The notes beneath the pieces are model-generated. The model saw only the letters and a list, made by a program, of their open reading frames with translations, ran no database searches and was not told the DNA's origin. A DNA stretch of 32,787 bases from Diploschistes diacapsis (lineage: Eukaryota), in NCBI GenBank assembly GCA_023645945.1, contig JALAIB010000096.1, positions 1-32,787 of the forward strand, in the 5' to 3' direction. Numbering within the stretch: position 1 is the stretch's first letter; each line of letters opens with the position of its first letter. Positions 23,526 through 32,787 of the stretch are shown here, piece after piece. The position numbers were made by a program, and so were the translations under genes.

Positions 23526-24556
23526 TGTGTAGGAAGCCTGGCGATCGGACTAGCTGTGAGAATTTCGAGGTTGCTAAAGATGTATAGATAGGCGATACAA
23601 ATCCGCGATTAAAGTCTAGAGAGGGTAGTCAGACTCTTATTCCACGGGACATAGTTGTATCATGTACGTATGCAAAGCTGTGAGCAACAATATCGTCTCT
23701 TCGCCATCCTGAGTCAAAAGATATGGTCATGGGAATACATGATTCAAAGAACTGAGACCTCCGACGAACAAGCGAGCTGAATGATTAGACAAAGAGATTG
23801 CAGTTGTCATCCCTAATCCAGACGCAGAGCTCTGAGTTGAAGGGAGGGCCCCGAAAGGCTTTACCCCTGAGTTTTCTTGTACAGCCATCGTACAGAAGCG
23901 AACGATTCATATAATCCCCCCAATCTCATGTTTAAAGACCGACACTTACTCAAATACACCATAGAAGAACACAACAGCACATAGAATAAGAAAAAGTCAC
24001 AACACGCACTGACCTCCTTTTCCAGACAGTTGACAGGGTTGTCCAAGTTCAGTAAAGCTCCAGCAAGTAACCTTGTCCACAGCATATATATATTGAGAAT
24101 TCCACTTCACGCTTGCAAGATGCTAGTGCAATGCAGTAGAATGCAAATACAGAAAAAGGTCGGTAGAAAGAAGATTGCTCTCAAGTTTATCTTTGTCTTG
24201 TGTCGGAATATAAACATGAACTGCTGCTTGCTAAGAGGTGCGCATCTTTTGGCGTAGTGGTTTAGTTCAACATCTTGCAACAACCACGGCCTTGAGCCAA
24301 CTAGCAGCCAACTTCCTCAGCCCCTCAGACAGCTTTGACATTCTGACATTCAGCCCTACTGAAGCCACACTTATGCGCCACACTTCCCATCCAAACTGTG
24401 GCTTCGAGTCCAAGGGAGCTTCATGTGGGAGTAACAATTCTGACTATTGAGACAACCACATTCGTTTCGAGGAGCACGACTCATCGTTTCGAGGATCCAT
24501 CAAATAATATCAGAATACGGCATCCTTCAACTGCCTTTAATTCGCCTAGAATCAGG

Positions 24557-25435
24557 ATGCCGCCCCCCCTCCCTTCCTTGACATTTACTTCCTCCCCCGC
24601 CTCCAACCGCAGGAAGCGCTCTCATTCGTCACTGGAGATCCTCAAATTATCACCCCCATACGACATCAAGCGCGCAAGAACCGGCATCCAAGAACTGACA
24701 ACAGAAGACTCTCCACAACTGCCATCCATTGGCAACTCTCTACCAAGTGCACCAACCGCAGCTTCTTCAGAGACGCGGCAGTCACCGTCGAGCACCTCGT
24801 CAAGCCAGCAATCGGAATCAACGTCATCTTCCGTGACCGGAAGCTCGGAGCACTACGAGGTAGATGAGGCCTACAACTCGGATTCGGAGCCCGGCAGCAC
24901 TTCGACCTCCTCCTCATCCTCCTCCTCCTCTTCTTCCTCTTCGTCATACGATTCGGACGATGAGTCTAGCCCTCGCTCGGCCTCGATGACGCTATCGTCG
25001 CCTACTCCCGCACCCTCTTCACAAGTGCAAGGCTCCTCGTTATCTTTTCGCCTCAACGCCTTTCTTCCAACCCTGGCTGCGGCCAACGCTCAGCTGGAGC
25101 AGGAGCGCCAGCAAGGGACGCTCGGTGATAGGGATATTGAAAAGGCGGATGAGGGACATTACATCGAGATGGATCTTGGTCTCGGTGTGCTGGAGGAAAA
25201 GAAAGGCACCCACAGCACAGCTGAGGAGGATAGCAGCAGCGAATCCAGCAACGACGATGCTAACGACGCCGAAGACGAGAGTGAAGTCACTGACGGCAGC
25301 CGTCTCACACCGATACTAAGGAAAAGACGGGTACGTAAGAAGGGAAAGGATGTTATGGGCCGGCTGATGGGGCAGCGCAAGGAGAATGGGGGAAGCAAGC
25401 CTGATATCGCCGTGCTTGGGGATGACAGTATATAA
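24557..25435 (+). CDS. NOPCHAP1/C12orf45 (DUF4598)-like box C/D snoRNP assembly chaperone with a long Ser-rich N-terminus
   Basis: First in-frame ATG at 24557 (the ORF-track start at 24398 is GTG). Conserved-looking core LSFRLNAFLPTLAAANAQLE...DIEKADEGHYIEMDLGLGVLEEK and C-terminal KPDIAVL, recalled from DUF4598 proteins. Confidence 0.75.
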   Translation: MPPPLPSLTFTSSPASNRRKRSHSSLEILKLSPPYDIKRARTGIQELTTEDSPQLPSIGNSLPSAPTAASSETRQSPSSTSSSQQSESTSSSVTGSSEHYEVDEAYNSDSEPGSTSTSSSSSSSSSSSSSYDSDDESSPRSASMTLSSPTPAPSSQVQGSSLSFRLNAFLPTLAAANAQLEQERQQGTLGDRDIEKADEGHYIEMDLGLGVLEEKKGTHSTAEEDSSSESSNDDANDAEDESEVTDGSRLTPILRKRRVRKKGKDVMGRLMGQRKENGGSKPDIAVLGDDSI

Positions 25436-26046
25436 TGCTCGAGCTGATGAGGTATCACGCTTAATGGCTTGATGATCATGGTCGGGAACATGGTGCTACG
25501 GAAAGAAAGGATATGGGTTATGGGCTGTGCCTTTGAATGGCACCCTGGTTGGCAGGTATTCGGAATACGTCCTAGACATATGACACAAGATTCTCTGAAT
25601 GCAGGTGTAAAGATATGCAGCAGAGTGATCATTTTGTTGGGGAGTCAAGAAGGCACATATGGAGAACTATTCTGCATGAGATAATTCACCTCAACCTTCC
25701 ACAGGAATCACTGGCCAATCTCCGCAAGCCCATCGCCATTATAGCTATTTGTAGTAGCCACTAGCTGCTGCTGGGCTCGCCAACGACTACCACAATATTT
25801 ATTAGAAAGTATTTAGTATACATATTTATCGACGAAAGATCCTTTTTAAATCTATAATCTCGTTATATATCTCAGACTTAATCGAAAGAGTGAAATAAAA
25901 GGTAAATAGCTTGCACACAATAATAAAACTTTATTATTATAGGAGGTAATGAACGAAGATGATATTAATGGAGATGAAGATTAAGCTGTAGATAGTGGGA
26001 AGTAAAAGATCTTTTATAGCAATATCCTAACGTGGTGGGATGCAGA

Positions 26047-27913
26047 ATGTCCTTTATGAAACAGTTTCTTGACTTGAGCACAGGCTCCAAGGTCCTCGAT
26101 GCCATCTTTTTCCTCGCCCTTGCCTTTCCCTTGACGCTATTTGTGACATATTCCTTCACTTCTGTGCGCTTTTTCCTAGGTAGCAAACACTATGGAACTG
26201 AAGACCGGGGGGATGAGCCTCCGACTCTTCCATACTGGATCCCCTACATTGGGCATATGTTTCGAATGGCGGACCTGCATGGACTTTTGGACTTTGCAGC
26301 GTAAGCTTCGCCCCGTGTAGTCGTTGCTCCCTTGGTCGTTTTCCCTAGCTAGGTTCGCGGATCTGTGCAAGTCTGTCAATCCAATATGTCATATGTTCTG
26401 CGAGACTTGTAGCTGCCCTGCTAAGTAGTATAATAGCTCCAGAAGCCCAGACAAGCGCCCGGTAAAACTATCGATAGGCTCAATGAAGGTGTATCTCGTC
26501 TTTGGCACGGAAAACGTATCTGCCTTATTCGCAAACTCCCAGTATCTGGCGCGAGACAACCTTACAAGGCAGGCCTTCTACAACAGCAGTGCGAGGACCA
26601 AACCTACGAAGGATGGCAACGAGGATGTAAAGATCCCCGATGGCCGTAAACGTACAGCTAGAAGGATTGCTGGAAGCGACGGTGAAGAAGCCGCCCGCAT
26701 CAGCAGAAAGCTACACGATATGCAGCATCTTTACTTGTCACAGCCGGCAGAGATCAAGGTCATCACCGAGAAGTTCTCCCAAGTGTTTCAGGAGCAGCTC
26801 AGGGTATTATTTGGATCAGTCCCCGAGAATGTTGCCCAGCCAGATGCAGGGACGCGGGTTGGCGAGCCAGAAAGGACGGTCCATCTCTTCCAGATGCTGA
26901 AGCGCACAATGTTCATCGCCTCAACCGTCGCACTTATGGGCACGCGCATTCTTGAGCTCAGCCCGGAAGTTGTCGAGGATTATTGGGCGTACGACGAGGC
27001 GTTTCTTCTTGGCCTGCCAGAACTTATGTATCCAGCAGGTAGCAGTGCGCGAGACAAGCTGCTCGATGCCGTCAAGCGCTATGTTGAAGCGGCGCATGAT
27101 GCAGGCCTGGACAGCCAGGAAAATGAAGCGGTCTGGGACAGGAACAGCGGATGCAGGCTCTTTAGGGAAAGCCTGAAGGAAATGGAAGCTAGGGGCATTG
27201 CGCACGAAGATCAGGCAGGGGCGCTTTTGAGTTTGGTCTGGGCCACAGCGTCAAACTCTATACCCCTTACTGGCTGGATACTTTCCACCCTTCTTGAAGA
27301 CCCAAGTCTCCTCGTCGAGCTACGAGATGAACTCTCCACGGCGGTCACAAGCGAGTCTGATGCCATGCTAAACCTTACCGAGCCAGCCGGAACTGCAACG
27401 TTCGATATGGCTCGTCTCAATTCTCTTCCATTACTTAACTCGATATACCACGAATGTCTACGGCTCCGCACCTCGGTGACAGTAACACGTCGCTTAACCG
27501 CGGACATCAAGATCGGTGGCTACACGCTTCGGAAGGGCAACTTCGTCATGGCTCCTTCGTATCTAGCGCACAATGATTCCATCGCGTGGGACGATGGCAA
27601 TGGACATTCAGCGCAAAGCTTCCTGGCCAAGAGGTTCGTGAAGTCCACTCGCTCAAATGACTCTCTGGCACCAGAGACCTTCTTCCCTTATGGCGGCGGC
27701 AACGCCATCTGCCCTGGACGCTTCTTCTCGAAGCAGCAGATTCTCGTTGCCGTGGCGATAGCGGTTCTGGGATTGGATATGGAGCTGCAAAGCTACGTGG
27801 GAATGGACGGGAAGAAGGAGAGAGATATGGCGCCAATGCCAGACCAAAGGTATGCGGGTGGAGGCGTCATGCCGCCAGAGGGAGATTGGATTTTGAGTTG
27901 GAAGAGACGGTAG
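26047..27913 (+). CDS. Cytochrome P450, CYP7/CYP8 (prostacyclin synthase/sterol hydroxylase)-like fungal group
   Basis: Exons 26047-26300 and 26437-27913; intron 26301-26436. N-terminal TM helix, EPPTLPYWIPYIGH proline hinge, I-helix WATASNSIP, ExxR (ECLR), degenerate PERF (FLAKRF), heme motif FPYGGGNAICPGRFF. Confidence 0.93.
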
Positions 27914-29034
27914 AGAATAAGTGGACAGGGAAGCGGTATAACTACAGAGGAGGTTGGGATATGGGTACAGCAAAAAGCAGAAGGCGAAGCATACCTGTAA
28001 GCTCGTTGGAGCTCTGGGTCACAGATATCTGCTACTGGAAATTAAAACATACAATCAAGACCATACATATATGGGTACCATAAACACCATCTAAATCAAG
28101 CAGAGAAACTCGGATAAATCTCCTCTTGATAGGATGCTGAGCCTACACTACTATGGCTCGCACCGGTCATGGGGCAAAAAGTATGAGTCAGCAAAGACTG
28201 TACGTGTTTCCTGAATGCCTCTCGAAGCCGACCTTCTACAGTATTCTTCTCCAGCATATCCGGGAATTGACCACACCTCTGCAGCCCCAACATCGTGGCT
28301 GTTCGCCCTCTCTCGACGTTGCATTGCGGCGAACATAAGAAGGTCAATCTCGCTTAGATAAAATCCTACTGGGGGTCCGTTGGCTAGCCACGAGCTCATC
28401 ATCCCGAATCAACCCCTGAAGTGGCCAGGCCGAATCGTTCCAACAGCGACAAGCAGTTCAAGGAGGGGAGGGGTGTTAAGGGTCGGTATTATTCGAGCGT
28501 CGGTACCTATGTACCCCTTCTATCTTGATCTAGGTAATACGGCACCGCCGTTTTGATCTTGTTATCAGCAATCCGCTTCAAGCATATATCAAAGGAACAG
28601 AGATCTGTGTGGACAGCAGCCTCCCTTACAAAATAGAGTTATTATCGTCCGACTCTCCTTCGCTTACCTTCGTGTTGATGGATGCTTCCTAGCGCAACCA
28701 CTGCTTGTGGGTTCGAAGTGATTGATGTTTCCGAGCGCCCGTCCTCATCTTCTCTACTACTCCCCGATTCAAGAGGTTATCCTTTGGTACCACGCCTTTG
28801 AGCCAGCTTTGTCTTTGTGAACCTAATTCGCTGCCCGCCGCCTCCTGTTTGCTGTGAACAATATCATTCGACCTAGATTAGGGTTCCAAAGTACATGGCC
28901 TGAATGATGGGTTCAGGAGTACCCCATGACCATGAAGAAAGAAGGATAAATTCGATGCTAGATACTAGGGGAGTGAGTGCCCTGGCTACCAATAATCGGT
29001 GGCATGAGGGCAATGCCACACAGCTTTGTTCACT

Positions 29035-31275
29035 TTAGCAGCATCCACCGATTATAAGCCTTATGCCCTGGCTTCGTGCCTGGGCGACTGCACATGGCAA
29101 ACAACATTCTGCATGGTACAAGGCTGGTATCTCATCCATGCAGCATAGAAATTGGGCTTCGGTATTCCAGTACGTCAGCGTTAATGCCAATTTGTTTGAA
29201 TCGTGGGGCAGTGGTGCTGCTACAGAAGTGGCTGCAACGGCCCTATCACTATTCTCAAATGGAGAGCGCTGATAATGCTCGCACTTATCAGCTCGTGAAA
29301 GCCTCAGAAAACCGAGATGCAGATCCAGGAAATCGACTTCCACACTCTGCGTCGATGATGTCTGGACTATCGACCGAAGGCGAAGCACCCGAGTTCCGCA
29401 AAAGAAATCAGGTCTTATTGTTAAGGTGAAGCCGTAGTGCTCTCCTAGACCGCTTGGAGGTGTAATAAGTAAGCCAGCTTTGCCCGACAGCAGGCTCGTC
29501 TTAGCTTTGCGCCTTTTCCGCAGTTTGCGAGCCGCGCCTTTCTCGCCAGTAGTGCATGTGATGTCGGAGTATATGTCTGTTTCATAGTGCAATTTCCCGT
29601 CAACAAGTTGATATTCGACAGACCAATTATGGCTTTGAATTGACGGATATTCGAGGGTCGAAGGGAAGATTGTGGAACTCCCAGAACTCCGGCAAATCAT
29701 GGATGGAAGCCCCTCCTGCACTCCAGGCTGAAGTAAATTCTGACGGCCAACGAAAGATAGCATGCAAGCGTGGAGGACATCCAATCCGACAACACTGGAA
29801 ATAAACATGTCAGTGCTTCGCGGGTAGTACGCACAGATGGCAGTCCCAATTAGATCTAAAGGGTGCCGTAGGATATGGTGTACACTTGGGTCACCGTTCA
29901 ATTTGATCAAAGGGCTGAAAAATCCAAAAGTGACTATATTTCCCAACGCTTTCCAGAAACGAGAAATTTGACATTGCTGCAAACTTTTACTCTCGTTCGT
30001 GCCGGGCCTTGGTCGGTTGTATGAACCCCAGGGTTCTCTCCCTGGGCAAAAACCGCAGGTACAAATATCGTAAGGAAGTGCAAGCTTCACCGACTCCTTC
30101 AACTCCAAATATGAAGCAATTAAATCGGGGTTATTGATGTTGGTTGGTTCTATCAGGACCACTTCAAGCGTTTTGCAGATTCTATGTCTGTACTCTGAGC
30201 CTAGCAGCGCCTTTAGTCCCTCCGAAGGCAGCTTCTTCTTATTATAGCCCTTGTAAAGGTCGTCTCCACCTAACGTAAGTGCCGATGCTGCTATCAAATT
30301 GGCAAGAGCCTGTTGGACATTGTTTTCACATCGAGCGCCAGCCTCACTGAACGCGATCGAGAGGCAACATGATAACCAACCTGGCCATTCAAATCGTAGA
30401 TTCTTCATTTGATCCAACTCGCCCAAGGTATCCACGAAACGATGCCGGAAATCACTGCTGTTGTTGCGAAGCTTTGATTCGAGACAGAAATAAGGTTGTC
30501 CGTGCTCCTGGGTTATGGAAAACAAAATCGAGCATCGCTGATCCTGTTGGACCAGTTCTCCTTCAACGTTAATCACGACATCTTCCGGGCATAGGCACAT
30601 AACAGAAGCTAAAAGTGGCCCAGCTCCTCTAGAACCCGTGAAACTGAGGATGAGGTCTTCGTTTTGAAGCGCTTTCTGTAACATGATCAAAAATTCCGTC
30701 ATCGTCTCTTCCGTAGGAATCAATGCAAGGTCGGATGGTATTTTACTGCCGGTTGCGAAAAAACACTGGCGAATGCGGGTAAGATGAGTTGCTAGGAGAT
30801 TTCCGAATCCGAGGCTTGAAAGCTTAGAAGCTAGACACTCGTTTATATCAGCCAGCTGTGCGATGCTGGCATTTCGCTCGTCTCTGGGGAGAATCGAATT
30901 AGACAAATTATATAGAAGCATTCCACATCTTTCTTTAGAATAAAGATTCCCGAGGAAGAGGCACAAAAGGGATGCTGTTCGGCCACCCGATGTACGGCTC
31001 ATATACGAAGCAGTATCCCCTTTCTGCCAACCGATCCAAGCAGAGATTCTCTCGAGACGGACCGACGGGGCTCTTGCCAGGAGGTCTGGAAGTTTTGCTG
31101 CCCATTCGCCGTTTGAATGAAAACAACCGCCAAGTGCCTGGGCCTGCAACAATGCAAGCGGGCTCACGTTGTCTGCAGAAAGAGCTTTGAGTAACGGTTG
31201 CGCCGCTCCGAGAATTGTAAGCGCGTTGGCAGAAGCATTGCCAATGTCCGCTTGCAAACTTATCTGACCGGCCAT
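29035..31275 (-). CDS. Uncharacterised intronless Cys-rich fungal protein (about 746 aa; an upstream in-frame ATG at 31497 would give 820 aa)
   Basis: Uninterrupted ORF of more than 2.2 kb with globular composition. The ATG at 31275 has strong context (AAAATGG) and starts MAGQISLQAD...LSADNVSP. Cys clusters CTCGFC, CEH, FLCC and CCLPCA; ends IIGGCC. Confidence 0.8.
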   Translation of the reverse strand: MAGQISLQADIGNASANALTILGAAQPLLKALSADNVSPLALLQAQALGGCFHSNGEWAAKLPDLLARAPSVRLERISAWIGWQKGDTASYMSRTSGGRTASLLCLFLGNLYSKERCGMLLYNLSNSILPRDERNASIAQLADINECLASKLSSLGFGNLLATHLTRIRQCFFATGSKIPSDLALIPTEETMTEFLIMLQKALQNEDLILSFTGSRGAGPLLASVMCLCPEDVVINVEGELVQQDQRCSILFSITQEHGQPYFCLESKLRNNSSDFRHRFVDTLGELDQMKNLRFEWPGWLSCCLSIAFSEAGARCENNVQQALANLIAASALTLGGDDLYKGYNKKKLPSEGLKALLGSEYRHRICKTLEVVLIEPTNINNPDLIASYLELKESVKLALPYDICTCGFCPGREPWGSYNRPRPGTNESKSLQQCQISRFWKALGNIVTFGFFSPLIKLNGDPSVHHILRHPLDLIGTAICAYYPRSTDMFISSVVGLDVLHACMLSFVGRQNLLQPGVQEGLPSMICRSSGSSTIFPSTLEYPSIQSHNWSVEYQLVDGKLHYETDIYSDITCTTGEKGAARKLRKRRKAKTSLLSGKAGLLITPPSGLGEHYGFTLTIRPDFFCGTRVLRLRSIVQTSSTQSVEVDFLDLHLGFLRLSRADKCEHYQRSPFENSDRAVAATSVAAPLPHDSNKLALTLTYWNTEAQFLCCMDEIPALYHAECCLPCAVAQARSQGIRLIIGGCC

Positions 31276-31685
31276 TTTGAAGCGAGTATATACAAAGCAG
31301 GGCGAATGAGCGCTATCTCTGTAAACAAGCCATAGCAGAGAGTAAACTGTCGCGGTTCTGGGATATCGACCGACATAAAAAAGAAAGGAAAGATAATAGA
31401 ACAGGGCATCGTTTTGAAATACATGGCGCGCAAGGCTTTCCTCTGCATGTCCAATAGATGCAGGGTAGTATCCACTAGATTCGAACACTATACACATCTT
31501 AGTCCTAGAAGTATCTCTCAGGCAAGCTACCTATATAGAGATACATTGGCCCTAGGTAGATATTAATGATAATTTGCACACCGCCCACCTCTACCACCAT
31601 TGTACGCCCACACAAGAGCTCAAAAGGTGCTTCAGATTATCAAGATCGCCTGCCTGGTTAGGCTTGGGATTTTAGGCCCTATTTG

Positions 31686-31746
31686 GCGCCACGTAGAGCT
31701 GCTCTACGGTAGAGCGCATCTACATAGAGGCAGCTCTACGTGGCGC
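31686..31746. repeat. 61-bp near-perfect palindrome/hairpin
   Basis: Perfect 17-bp inverted arms GCGCCACGTAGAGCTGC (31686-31702) and GCAGCTCTACGTGGCGC (31730-31746); the interior also pairs (TCTA/TAGA, GTAGA/TCTAC). Confidence 0.85.
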
Positions 31747-32492
31747 GTTTGGCAGCCAGCCCCACCACGCTGTCGCTCATCATCCTCGGCCTAGTAGTCC
31801 AACTTCGGCCCAGCTTTCCAGCCTTTTCAGCCTTTTCTGCGCATACGTGATGGCATCTTTACGATGCCCTCGCAGGCGTAGTATTTATTGTAATACTGGG
31901 CTGCGTATAGTTGTGCAACATCAGCGAGCAAAACAACGGTTGTTTTATTTTTATTTTCGTGATATCTGGATTAAAAATCGTCCATAAAGGGGCGTTTGGT
32001 GGGAGCGTAGAGTTAATATGTGTCCCATGGTAGACAGTAGCTGAAGTGGTACACCACAAACGGCCATAAAATAGTTTATGCCACCAGATAGGGTATGGCA
32101 GAACTTCCACCGCTTGAAGTAGATGTCTTCCTTAAGTAATGAAGGATGTCGGCGACGCACATTTCCATAAACTGAATTCCGACTGGCGTTGGCGTTGGCG
32201 TTGGCGCTCTCCGAGAAGACTTGAGCTTTCAAATTCCCTATTCTCGTCTCAGCTCCTCGAAAAGCTAGCATAGGTACTCGAGCTATCGCATCTGCTTTGA
32301 AACAGGCTCTTTGATCTGGACCTGAGCTAGATTATGCTAGCGATCCCGAAAAATCTCTTTCCCCGAGCAAACACCATCCTTACCTCTCCGCTCCAAACCT
32401 TCCACAACACCCAGACCCACAACTGCCCATGTTGTAGGCCCCCGTCGACTGTTGCGAATAATCACTCTCTCCTACTCCAGAATCACCAAAAA

Positions 32493-32787
32493 ATGGACCT
32501 CCTGACCCTCTCCTCCAAAGCCGCAGATCTCTCCGACATCGAGCACGCGTTGCTCCTCAGCCTGATGGCGCAGCAGCACTGCATTCTCGAGACGGAGGAC
32601 GGGGCGCTGGACGAGTTGGAGGTGGAGGTGCACGCCGTGAGTGTTGCCTGCTAAGCTGGAACTAGTTGATCTGTACGGGAGATGGCTAACGTGAGCGAGC
32701 GTAGGTTGCTGAAGAGGTGTTTGGGCTACGAGCGGTTACGGTGGAGTGCGGGCCGGGGATGACGGTGGAGGAGTTTGGGGGTGGGGT
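32493..32787 (+). CDS. MTC2: Mtc2 (maintenance of telomere capping 2)-like protein, 5' part; runs off the window end
   Basis: ATG at 32493; exon 1 to 32636; intron 32637-32704 (GTGAGT...GCTAAC...TAG); exon 2 from 32705. Spliced: DLSDIEHALLLSLMAQQHCILETEDGALDELEVEVHA|VAEEVFGLRAVTVECGPGMTVEEF, resembling the LSDxE...HC...FGL...C...T.EEF N-terminus I recall for this family. The family name is less certain than the gene model. Confidence 0.65.

Noticed and set aside
24250..24272. TGGCGTAGTGG resembling a Pol III A-box or tRNA D-arm
   Set aside because: No correctly spaced B-box or cloverleaf could be built. No tRNA or rRNA gene was found in the window.
28096..28402. Two overlapping 83-aa minus-strand ORFs between the P450 and the unknown gene
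   Set aside because: Short, with no motifs and no convincing splice structure; cannot be supported as genes.
28878..28885. TTAGGGTT (and TAGGGTTA near 20011) as a possible telomerase RNA template or telomere seed
   Set aside because: Single 8-mers are expected by chance, and there is no room or structural evidence for a roughly 2-kb fungal telomerase RNA.
31859..32271. 106-aa and 83-aa minus-strand ORFs upstream of the MTC2-like gene
   Set aside because: No recognisable domain; they include a (GTTGGC)3 microsatellite and lie in a probable promoter region.
32334..32492. Upstream in-frame ATG extending the MTC2-like protein by 53 aa
   Set aside because: The extension is C-rich, UTR-like sequence. 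The ATG at 32493 has strong context (AAAATGG) and begins the conserved-looking region.

Overview
Gene-dense eukaryotic DNA from a filamentous ascomycete (Pezizomycotina-type short GT/GC-AG introns with CTRAC/CTRAY branch sites), so many ORF-track entries are exon fragments or antisense shadows. I reconstructed 13 protein-coding genes by hand. In order: partial IRC6/AAGAB(p34)-like, DMA1 FHA-RING ligase, an orphan Ser/Arg-rich ORF, DUS1, a DENND11/ANR2-like protein, TRZ1 (tRNase Z), PAP1 poly(A) polymerase, a PPPDE-thioredoxin-PUL protein, a class III-like eIF4E, a NOPCHAP1-like protein, a CYP7/CYP8-like P450, an uncharacterised Cys-rich protein ending in GGCC, and a partial MTC2-like gene. Two accessory-looking stretches (about 4.1-8.4 kb and 25.8-32.3 kb) interrupt the housekeeping genes. 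Notable points: a 209-bp Fot1/pogo-type MITE beside a CpG-sparing RIP-like relic; a probable non-AUG (CUG/UUG) mitochondrial presequence on TRZ1 with a parallel leaky-AUG presequence on DUS1; a GC-AG intron splitting the DMA1 RING; and two unexplained palindromic structures around the uncharacterised gene. All family assignments come from motif recognition, not database searches.
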